Shown: piece by piece, positions 40,701-50,300 of the stretch | Layout of the letters: each line of letters starts with the position of its first letter | Position numbering within the stretch: the stretch's first letter is position 1 | Assembly (NCBI GenBank): GCA_036172245.1 | Contig: JAYWIR010000004.1 | Location: 5,952,001-6,016,000 of the forward strand | Source: Raillietiella orientalis | Lineage: Eukaryota | Direction of reading: 5' to 3' | Length of the DNA: 64,000 nucleotides | Translations under genes and position numbers: made by a program | The notes under the pieces: model-generated | What the model saw: the letters and a program-made list of their open reading frames with translations, nothing else | What the model was told of the DNA's origin: nothing | Database searches by the model: none

Positions 40701-43700
40701 GCTAAGCCCGATGGCCGCCGACGCGCGTCCATCCCTCCACGTGGCCCCTGCGCTCCCCACCCCTTCCATCGTGGGAGCAGCGATCGAGGGTGGATACGAA
40801 CCCGGCCCTTGCAAAAATTTATTGCGAGCACTCCGGGACGAAAATAAAATCAGCAGTGTTTTTGGAAATCCCAACTGGCTTTTTGTCAAGCGAATTTTTT
40901 CTTCTTCTTCTTCTTTTCGCATCCTTTTCTCCCAGCTCTTCTCGGACTCGCGTTCCTTTGCTAAGGAGAAGAGCAAACGAGCGCGAATGTAAAGCAAAAC
41001 GAAAAGTAAAGCGAGGGAGCTCAAATGCTGCTTCCCTTCTTTCCTTGGGGAAGAAGCTGCCTCCAGTCAGCTCTCCTCACGCTCCTGGCTTCGCCACCCT
41101 GACCTCCGACGGCTTTCCTCGCGCACGAGCCTACGGGCAGCCCGGATTCGAAATCGCCCGCGAGCAAGCGTCTCCGCTCTTTCTCACCACCAGCGTCCCT
41201 AGCCGTCCCGCGTCTCAATCCTTCCAGGAAAATCCGGAGCACCTGGGCGGACGCGTCCCCAGTCCGTCACGAGTCGCAGCCACCGCCCTTCGCCCACCCG
41301 CAGGTCCCTTCGCGAGTTTCGAGTGCGCACCTCCCGTTGGCAACGGGAACGGGTGGGGAAGGGCTCCTTGCCGGCCCGTAGCAGCTCTCTGCGCACCCGT
41401 CGCCTCCTCTTCCCTGGAGGTTCATGCGTGCCCTGCGAGCGGAGGAAAACGCGTGCCAGAAGGGATGTTGCCTCCGCGGTCGCTGCAAGCTGGGCGGCAG
41501 GGAGGATGCCTCCCAGGCGAGCGAGGGGCAAAGGTCACCACTATCCAGCCGGTTCCTCCGCGACGCCTCGTCGCCGCATTCCCTCCCTACCCCTGCAGGG
41601 ACCCACGGAGACGCAACGACCGACCGCGGGACGTACCGCGTCTCGAGAAAGGTCTTGGAAATTTCCTCGCGGCCATCTTGGTCGCTTCTTCTTCGGAGGC
41701 AGAGCGCGGGGTCCGCGAAGTGGTGCTGGAGGGAAGGTCTGCCACTCGAAGAAGCGGACCTCGGCGCGTTCCTCTTCGTCGAAACGTGCGCCCGAGGGTG
41801 GGGGTCGGGGGAGGGGGGCGAAGCTGAAGGGCATGTTCCTTCCGTGGCTCTGCCCGCACGCCGACACGCAAGGGTTGGACGGTCCCCGAGAGCTTCGCCG
41901 ATAGAAAGCCCCGGGATTCCGAAAGGGAGAGGCAAGGGGGGAGAGGAAAGGGAGGTCTAAAGGGAGTCGACCGACCGACCTCTTGACACGTTGCTCCTGA
42001 CCGCGGCGGGGCGACCGACTGAGAGAGCCGGAGAGCTCGGGGCCGAGTTCGCTCCTGGCCTTCCCCTTCAACCGCCACCAGCACCACCATTACCACCACC
42101 ACCAGCCAACTCCGGACGCAGGCGCGCCCGCCTACCGACCCCGCTCCCGGCTCGCTCCGCAGCGGCAGAGGGAAAGGACGGGGCGTCGCACTCGACGACT
42201 CGCCGTGCGCAGCCGCCAAGCGCCGTGACTGCGCCGCCGCTGCACCCCGCGCGCTCGGACACGCCGTGTGCAAACATTCCGCGTCGGGCTTCCGAGGTGA
42301 AACGTAACGTCTTCCCGACTCCGCGATGTGCCAAAAAGGGGATAAAATATTTCCGACAATGAGCTCTCGTTTTCCGTGTTTGGCCACGCTTCAATCTGTT
42401 CTATTTTCGTCTCCTGGAGAAGAAGAAGAGAAGGTTCCTCGAAGAATGATGGAAATCAAATTCCTCTGCCGCTTCCTCCTCTTCCCCCTCCCCACTCCCC
42501 CCTCCTCCCCTTCTTACCCCATCCTCCTCGGAACTGGCCGCTGCCGGGTGGCTCGCTGGGAGCAGCCGACCCCGGGAGCTCCCCTCATTGCTCGTTCCTG
42601 CAAGCTGCTGGCGCCTGAAGATGGGGAAAAGAGAAAAAGGAAGATGTCGACCTCCAGCAAGCGAGCACCCGAGGGCGGGCGATCACTACTGGCATGGGGA
42701 GGATCGCCCAAGCCCTCCGCGAGGTGTCCCGATTCCCCTCGAAACGGCGGTCTCGGGCCGGACCGGGAAAACCGGGCAAAGAGGGCAGGCTGCGGCTTAC
42801 CCGCGCGCCCCACTGCGCGGGTCTTCCGTGGCTTCGACCGCCGCCTCCGCTGGCAGCCGCCCGCCGGATGCAGATCTCTTGCTCCGCTGCTACCCTGTCC
42901 GGTTTTTTCCGGAAGCCTTGGATGGCCTTCCCGGGGGGGAGGGAGCGGGGCCCGAGGAAGGAAGAGATGCTCCGAGGGTGAGCGTTTCTTTTCTTTTCGT
43001 CTTTTGAAGGGAGGGAGAGGAAAGGAGAGGTCCAGGGCTCGCCCCGTGAGCCCATTACGAATAGGGGAGATCCCTGCCCCTCTCTCGGGGTCAGCGGAGC
43101 GGGAGGAAGCTGCGAACTGGCTGGCGCCAGCAGCGCCACCCGGCCTTGGAGTGAGGAAGGAGTGACGCGCGGGGAAGACGACAAGGCTAGGTGGGCCCAC
43201 CGTGTCTTTCCGGAGTTTGGACCTCCCCTTTGGTCCCCATCCAGCCGAGGACCGCTCCTTTCCCACTACGCCCATCCTCAGAGCGATCCTACGACTCTTC
43301 CCAATGCATCTGCTGTGCCCGCTCCCACCACTTCACCCGCGCGCGCGCAGGCGCACCTCCCCTATGAGACGGCGCCGACGTCCGGCGATCGCTTTCCGCC
43401 GTCGTGAGGCGCAGTCCCGGGAGGCGCCCTTTGACCAGGGGCGGGCATTTCCGGGAAAGCGCTCGAGAGACGCGTCTCCTCCCGGTATCCCTTGGAGACC
43501 CTTCCGAAGGCGAACGGGGAAAAGGAGAAGAAAGGGGGCAGCGTCTCCGCTTCCCCAGGGCGGAAAGGAAAGGTTTCCAGGCAACGGCAGCTTGCGGGCG
43601 CGGAGGGGATCAGTGAGATCACCTGCGCGTCGTCTTTTGCGGCTCATGAGGGGGAAGAGTCCAGGCAGTTCCTCCACGCCCCCGTGGAGGGGGGTGCGAC

Positions 43701-44319
43701 CGCCGCCCCTCCCGAGGGACTCTCGCGCCGAAGCACGGAGAGATGCTCAGGAAAGCGGAAGGAGGGGCCCGGAGGAGGGAGATTTTGTCTTGACTTCCCC
43801 TTCTTCCCTCCCAGACTCTCCGAAACCCGCAGGGACGAGGTCCCCCAGCGGATCCTTGCCCCCCCAGGAGCGTCCGCTCGTTCGAGAAGCACCCGGAAGC
43901 GCTCCGGCAGTGGGGGTTTCCAGGCAAGGTCGCCGCTTGCCCGCTGCCCCTGTCGCCCCGGAAAAGGAAAGACTGGGGAGGCCTCCGGGGGAGGGTCAAT
44001 CCCCGAGGGTCTTGAGGAGAAGGACGACTGCCTCGTTTCCCTGGTGAGTCTGGGGCGCAGCCTACGAGGATCTTCGACGCCGAGAGGTGGGCGAACCTCC
44101 ACAGCTGGGTGCGTGGTGCCCGTCCGTCCATTCTTACCTACACGCTCTCCCTTCCCTCCAGGGAACGCGCTCTGACCGCAAGAAGCGCCGGTCCTCCCGT
44201 TCATAGGGGTGGGTACGGACGTGGCGGAATGACCGCTCCGTGCAAAGGAGAAGAGGGTGGTTCCCCAGCGCACCCACTCCGCGAACACCCTCGGAAGCTT
44301 CGCGGGGAGGGGGGGGGAG

Positions 44320-44577
44320 CTTCAGGCTCTCTCCCCCACTCGCCCAGGCTTCCCTTGGGAGGGGAAGTCTTGGCGGGAAACTCCCCCCAGGGGATCTCGA
44401 GAGCGTGCTGTAACACCCCCAGAGAGTCATCTGGCACTCCCGCCGAAAAGGGAGGAGGGGATCGCTCCCGGCCCCACTTTCGAGAGGGCGGGTCGGGGCC
44501 AAAGAGTAGCGCGAACGGATCTCCCACTAATAGGGGAGGCGGTCGCAAGGGGCCGACGGGTGAGCCACTCCCGTCCT
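44320..44577 (+). repeat. Left arm of a long inverted repeat (partner 46793-47048)
   Basis: Manual alignment to the reverse complement of 46793-47048 is nearly ungapped at roughly 80% identity, e.g. GTCATCTGGCACTCCCGCCGAAAAGGGAGGAG vs GTCATCTGGCTCTCCCGCCGAAAAAGGAGGAG. Confidence 0.92.
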
Positions 44578-44614
44578 GCACCACCGCCCTCTCGAAAGTG
44601 GTGCCGGGAGTGAT
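44461..44614. repeat. Local 31-bp inverted repeat (44461-44491 / 44584-44614), 92-nt loop
   Basis: ATCGCTCCCGGCCCCACTTTCGAGAGGGCGG pairs with CCGCCCTCTCGAAAGTGGTGCCGGGAGTGAT: 29 Watson-Crick pairs, 1 G-U, 1 mismatch. Confidence 0.93.
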
Positions 44615-45049
44615 GTGCCCCATTTTTGTTTTTTTTTTTCTTCCCTTCCCCTTTTTTGACCGACGGCTGTCCCCCGTAGACTCTGCGAGACCCCAGCGCC
44701 GCATCCCCGCGGCGGCGCTCTTGGACAACCCTTCCGACCACCGCGCTTGCTCGCGACTCGGCCCCCTGCGGGTGGGGTCGTCGTCCCCCCCCTCCCTCTT
44801 TCTCCCCTGCTTCTTCTTCGAGAGGGTATAGATCCTGCGCTCCGCTTCTGCCTTAGGAGGCAGGGGAGGGGAGAGGAAAGGCGAACCCCCTCGCGAGTAC
44901 CGTTCACTCCCAGCGCCTTTCCCCCGGATGTCGCGCGAAAGCGCGGCACGCGCGCGGAGGTCCCCTCGACCGAGCCGCGGAGGAGGGAGGGAGAGAGGAG
45001 GGAGGAGGAGGAGGCGAGGCGCTCCAGAAAGCCAGGAGAGCGGGGAGAG

Positions 45050-45300
45050 ACAGGGATTCAAAAAATAGCAACCTTCTTGGTACTTCGCCCGCGCAGGTGC
45101 GTTCCGCGGGCGGATGGGGGCGGGAAGAGAGGGAAGGCCGGGAGCGATCCGGGATTCCGGGCATCAGTGCCGTGCGCGAAGCCGAAGGAAACGATTCGCC
45201 CTCCGGGTGTCCCTCCTGCAGCAGCAGCAGCAGCAGCCAGAGCGCGCGCGAGTCGTCCGTGAGAGTCCCGTCGAGTTCACCAGGAAGGACAGTCAAATAG
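45050..45300 (+). promoter_or_regulatory. Candidate internal promoter / non-coding first exon for the 45.4 kb isoform
   Basis: CpG-rich; one-mismatch MEF2-like CAAAAAATAG near 45059-45068; Inr-like TCAGTG at 45164; candidate donor TAG|GTAGCG at 45301 and acceptor at 45388. All motifs are short and imperfect. Confidence 0.3.
45219..45236. repeat. (CAG)6 microsatellite in the putative 5' UTR of the internal isoform
   Basis: Repeat read directly; the UTR assignment is inferred. Confidence 0.8.
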
Positions 45301-45401
45301 GTAGCGCCGGGAAGGTGTGGGGAAGGAGGGGTCGAGTGGGAGGGGGGGTGAAGCGGGACCGGGTCCTGAACGGGCCTCTTCTTTCAAGCCGGAGGAGGAG
45401 G

Positions 45402-45607
45402 ATGGATCAAGTGGCCGAAGTGGTGACCATCGAGAAGAAGAGGACCAAGAAAACGGTCAAGTCGACCAAGAAGACACGAGACGAAAAGGATGGGCGGGAA
45501 GTCGTCACCGAAGTCCGCACCGAGATCACCGAGATGAACGACGAGGGGGACAGGGACTACGATAAAGAGCCAGTCAAAGACACCAACGATTTTTCGGCCC
45601 TCGAAGA
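45402..45607 (+). CDS. Lmpt: Probable alternative N-terminal coding exon (MDQVAEVVTIEKKRTKKTVKSTKKTRDEKDGREVVTEVRTEITEMNDEGDRDYDKEPVKDTNDFSALE) of a 4.5-LIM isoform
   Basis: Clear codon-like, K/T/E-rich stretch unlike the flanking low-complexity DNA; ATG in context GGAGGATGG; candidate acceptor CTCTTCTTTCAAG ending 45388 and donor GA|GTAACG at 45608 (phase 2). Resembles, from memory, the basic-then-acidic leader of short arthropod Limpet isoforms. Confidence 0.72.
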
Positions 45608-46792
45608 GTAACGTATTTGGGGGGACCACCCCCTCGCTGCGGGGGGAAGGGAGGAACTCCCTGTCGGGCCCCTCTGGCGGAGGAGGAACGGGCGGCGCGA
45701 GGCGGGCGGGGGACGCAGCACGCGCGCCGGGAGGAAGAGGAGACACCAGGGAGAGGAGGAGGCTTTTGCCCCCCTCTCTCTCCCCCCTCTCCCTGAAAAC
45801 GGTGCGCCCATCCCCCTTCTGCGCAAAAAGTGCCCGTCTGCCCCCCACCCTCCTCCGTGCGCGTGGGTCCCTCCCCTCCCCCCGCCGTGAGGAGCCTCAG
45901 GGGTACTTCTCCCCCCACCCTTCCTCCCCAGTCAGTCCCCTCCCACACACCGCCCCTCCCACTCTTTCACCGCGGTGTACCCTCCCTCCCCCCCTCAGGC
46001 GGCGGGAGGGCGCCCCGTCCACAGTCGACCCCCGCACCACCCCCGAAAGTCGTTTGATTTGACTGGCTCTTTATGTGGCTCCACGAAAGGTAAACACCCC
46101 CTCCTTCCCCTTTTGCTCCCCCTTCTCCCTCTGCAGGGAGAGCTGGAAAGGCCTCTGGGCGCGAGGGGGAGCGGGAGGAAGGCGATGCTCCCGAGCTTGG
46201 GGCTTGACCCTGGCGCTCACCCAAGACCTCTTCGAACCCCTGACATTTCGGACAGCCCCTCCCCCCCATCTCCGAGCCGCCCCTCCAGGTCCCTCCGGAA
46301 TGCCTCAGCGCCGCCGGCGCTCTCCGCCAGGGTCGCCACTGTTGCTGCTCAGCCGGCTCTCTTTTCCTCCCAACCGTCATCCGTCCCTCCTCACCGACCC
46401 CCTTCCTCAGGAAGAAGAAACCCCACTTGTCCCCTGGACCTGGGGTTCCTCCCGGAAAGAAGAGCGTGTCTTCACCTCCCTTCTCCCCGGGCGTCCTGGC
46501 GCCCTCTCCGTGAGACGAAGCCGAGTCCGCAGGTGCAGGGGGAAGGGTTGGGGTGATGCCTGGAGAGCTGCGTCTCTCCGGAATGCTGCGGGAGGAAGGC
46601 GCCTCCCTGGAACCACCTCTCCTCTTTGGGGTCTCCAGCTTGAGTGTCTGTCGGAAGGGAGGAAGCAGGGGGGGAAGAGAGGACCTCTGCCTTCCCAGGG
46701 CGCTTCTGGGAAGACTCCTCTCCTCCTTTCCCGTGAGAGCCTCTGCCCCCGTGAGCACCTCCCCCCTCCGCGACCCGGAATGAAAGGCGGAA

Positions 46793-47048
46793 GGGACAGG
46801 AGTGTCTCGCCCATCGGCCCCCTGCGACCGCCTCCCTCGCTGGTGGGAGTTTCGTTCGCGCCCCTCTTTGACCCCGTCCCGCCCTCTCCAAAGTGGGGCC
46901 AGGAGCGATCTGCTCCTCCTTTTTCGGCGGGAGAGCCAGATGACCTTCTGGGGACGTTCCGTGCGCCCTCGCGATCCCCCGGAGGGCGTTTTCCGTCAAG
47001 GCTTCCTCTTTCGAGGAAAGCAGGTGGGAGGGGAGGGAGAGTCTGAAG
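46793..47048 (-). repeat. Right arm of a long inverted repeat (partner 44320-44577)
   Basis: Same alignment; also visible as homologous translations in ORFs 44109..44831(+) and 46407..47282(-) (SSGTPAEKGGGDRSRPHF vs SSGSPAEKGGADRSWPHF). Confidence 0.92.
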
Positions 47049-47121
47049 GGTCTCCCCCCTTCCTCCGGGCGCGCGCCGCCTCACAAGGACGGTCTCCCTG
47101 GCAGGAGGGGTCGCGCTCCGA

Positions 47122-47161
47122 TGACCTTTGCTGGCGCTCCAAGCGGCGCCAGCAAAGGTCA
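47122..47161. repeat. Perfect 16-bp hairpin, 8-nt loop
   Basis: TGACCTTTGCTGGCGC-TCCAAGCG-GCGCCAGCAAAGGTCA. Confidence 0.9.
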
Positions 47162-47348
47162 CGGTCGCCTCCTTCCAGAAGGAGCCGAGCGCTTGAGCTG
47201 CCCGCCCCCTCCGGACCCGGAAGAGCACCCCCGCGTGCGGGCGGACGCGCACGAGATTCCTCCCTCCCTCTTCTACCACCACCCCTGCATCCCCCAGCAG
47301 GCCGCGGGTCGCCGGAAGGCGCGATCGAGGAAGGAGACGGCAATGGAT

Positions 47349-47388
47349 GGAACGTCCGTCCGTCTCCGGGGAGCGGGACGGACGTTCC
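47349..47388. repeat. Perfect 13-bp hairpin, 14-nt partly paired loop
   Basis: GGAACGTCCGTCC-GTCTCCGGGGAGCG-GGACGGACGTTCC. Confidence 0.85.
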
Positions 47389-50300
47389 CCACAGGCACGG
47401 CCTTCCCGTGACCGCGAACTCCTCAGGGGAAAGAAGAGGGGGACGGGGTCAGCGGAGTGAGAGGAAGAAGGGCGCTTTCAGAACCCTTTTCCTCCTCCCC
47501 CGTCCCTCCTCTTACGCTGACCGCCTCCCAGGTGCCTTCGAAAGCGAAAGCGGCGGCTCGCGACTCGCGAGCCCGCCGCGCGCAGCAGCCTCGCCCTGCT
47601 GTCTCCCGGCAACGAATGGCAGGGCGCAGTTATTTTGAGCCGACCTTTCCCGGCGAACCGCGCTAAATGCGTCCTCTCCTCTGCTCCCCTGTCAAAGTCA
47701 CCGCGGTGACACGGGAAGCCTCTCCGCGCGCTTCCCTCCTCTCGCGCGCCGAGCTTCCTCACGCGCCCACCCCGGCGCCACCCTGCGCTTCCTTCTCGTC
47801 GACGCCCCCGCGTTCGTTCTTCCCGTCCTGAGGCCGAATGCGCCCCAGGAGTGGGAGCTGCGCCTTCCTTCGAGGTGCTCCTCCCTCTGCCTCGCAAGCC
47901 GCCAGGACCAATACCAGATAGGGCACTGCTCGAAGCGCTCTGCCCGCTCTTCCCGAAGAGATCTCGGTCGGTTGCCCCTGGCTCAGGGAGTGGGAGGCGG
48001 GACCGTGGGATGTCCTCGAAGCCTCGACCTACGAAGAGGGCCGGAAGCGACCGTTTCAAAGGGCTTCCGCCGGGACAGGCGGCGCACATCTCCCGCCTTC
48101 GAGCACCAGCGCAGGGAGGGGGAGCTCCTGGTTCGCGCGGGAAAAGGGAACGCCAAATGGCGAGGCGCCACGTGTCGATTTCCTGTTCGCCCCCTCCTTC
48201 GTGGACGCTAGCCAAAACGGCAGCGAGTGACGGGTCCGTTCTGTATCTCTCCGGGTCCTCCCCGAGCGCAAGCTGCGCCACCCTTTTCCCTTCGCGGAGT
48301 TTCCCCTCACTTCTTTCCCGGCTCCGCCGAAGCTCCTGCCGCCGGCACTCCCTGCGTCGAGCGAAGCGAGGCAGGCAAGGCGGCATCTCTGGGGCTTCTC
48401 CCCTCCGTCGGCGCCCTCGCGTTTTTCAGCTGAACGGTTTCGGCGCGAGGGACGCGGGGCCATCCGCGCGTGCCCCTTGCGTTCCGGCCTGCGGAGCCTC
48501 GAACTCCCGCCGCCGCGGAGCTCTGGCGGCGCCTCCGCGGATGGGTGGGCGTTCTTCGCACCGGCTCCGTCTTGTTCCTTCGAGCGGAATGCTCGCAGCC
48601 TCGGATCCTTCCTGGAGGTCCTCCTCGACGTGGCTCCCATCTCCGATGCTCGGCGATCGATCATTCCATTCAAATCGCTTTCACTTTCCTCGCGCTTGCG
48701 ACACCGCCTCGACCTCAAACGCTGAGGGATTTGCGCAGCATGGATCAGGTCGGTATGCTCCTTTTGTGGCGGGACCCCCACTCGCCCTGGACCGGGAGAC
48801 GGCGCGACGTCCAGTTAGACGTTTTAACTCCCCTCCCCCCCACTCCAGTTCCCTCCCGCTCGATCGGACACCCACTCCGAGGTTGCCTCCTTCTGCTACT
48901 CCCGCGTTCTTCCTTTCTTGCGTGCCTCTGCGGCGCCTTCCTTCTGGAAGACCGCGACCAGGAGGTCGCGACAGCGGCACCCCGCTGCTCGTGACAAGAA
49001 GCGAAGCCAGTGACGTAACCACGTTTATCTGGATGACAAAGAATTGCGTCGGTGTGGCCACAAACATGGCCTCTCGCGTTGCACAACGTGGAACGATCTC
49101 TTGCGCCCAGCTTCCGCCGCCGAGACTGGCCCGGTCCTCGCCTGCAGAACGGTTCCGTTGCGCCCGGGACAGCATCCTGTCAGATGGCTTCACGCGAACG
49201 GCAGCCGGCTTCCTCTTTGTTTATCTTAGGCTCGCACGCGTTTGATACGGAGGGAATATTTTTAACTGCGGGCGGCGAGGATTGGTCCAGATTTCGGATT
49301 CTGCAGCGTTCTCGTGCGCACACTCAGCGTCTCTCCTCCCCCCTTGTTTGCTCGTTTGCTGGATCGCCGCGCTGATGCCGGAGCTTTTGCCTCAGGACGA
49401 GTCATCTCCAGCCGTTTTGTTCCCCCGCAGCGACTGTTGAGGTCTTCCTCTTGCAGTGGCGCGACCCTGGACGCCCACTTTTTTTTCTTTGCCTTTTTTG
49501 GTCCTCCGTAAGAGGATTCGAGAGGCGCTCCTTGCGGAGCCGCTTTCGCCGTGCCAGGAGTATCTTGGAAATGACGAATGGGAGCAGCTCGGGAGAGCGC
49601 TGTCTTCCTGGGCCCATCGGGCGGGACCCGATCGGGTCGAAGCCAAGGGATTGCGCGTTACCCGGGAAGGCGCTACCCATCCAGTCGAGATCCTCGGTCT
49701 TGTTGCAAGCGTTTCCGTGCTCCTTCGGACGTTGCTGTAACGCCCTCTCCGGCGAACTGCGAGAATCCTCCCGCCGGGCACAGCATGGACCGCGAAGAGC
49801 TGGTGCACCTTCCTGCCATTACTACAGGGAGCAGCGTAGGGGCTGAGCCACGTCTCCTCTGCGCAACAGCACCCAGAGGGTCTCCTCCTTGGTCACTCAC
49901 TCGGTCTGCGACCATGGATGATTGGAGAGGCGGCAGACTTCTTCCAGACTGCTCTCTTTCTTTCTGCTTTAGACCCACCGTTCTGGGGAAACGCCGTCCG
50001 TCTGCCTTCCCTCCCGCTCCCCCCTTCCTTTTCTCTTTTCCGGTCCGCCGCGCCTCTTTGGTCCCTCTGAAAGCTGCGACGCTGCTGCCCGATGACGAAC
50101 CACCTCTCCCGGCGATCGTCCGCCCCGGGCGTTCTTCCGGCGTGGCTTTTTTTTTGTTTTCTTCAGCGTCCCCCGAGCTTCCTGCGGCAGCTGAAGTGCG
50201 GAAGCCCAAGCTGCCGCAGAACCGAACTGCACGGAAACCTATCCGACTGATTGTTATCCTTTAACTCGGATACGCGCTGCTTTTGGAATCCGTCCATCCT

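Noticed and set aside
41776..42679. Peptide SSKRAPEGG encoded twice (41776-41802, 42653-42679) with only synonymous differences
   Set aside because: Made of GC-favoured residues, similarity does not extend and there is no splice support; such a match is plausible by chance across six frames of GC-rich DNA.
44044..44161. Apparent mini-intron CTG|GTGAGT...CCCTCCAG
   Set aside because: Good-looking sites, but the flanking frames give no credible protein (in-frame stop 14 codons on). A UTR intron cannot be excluded without RNA data.
40790..49245. Long overlapping ORFs up to 464 aa (e.g. 47851..49245, 40790..41827, 46075..47046)
   Set aside because: R/P/G/S/A-rich, present in all six frames at once, no domain motifs; expected in GC-rich DNA where stop codons are scarce.
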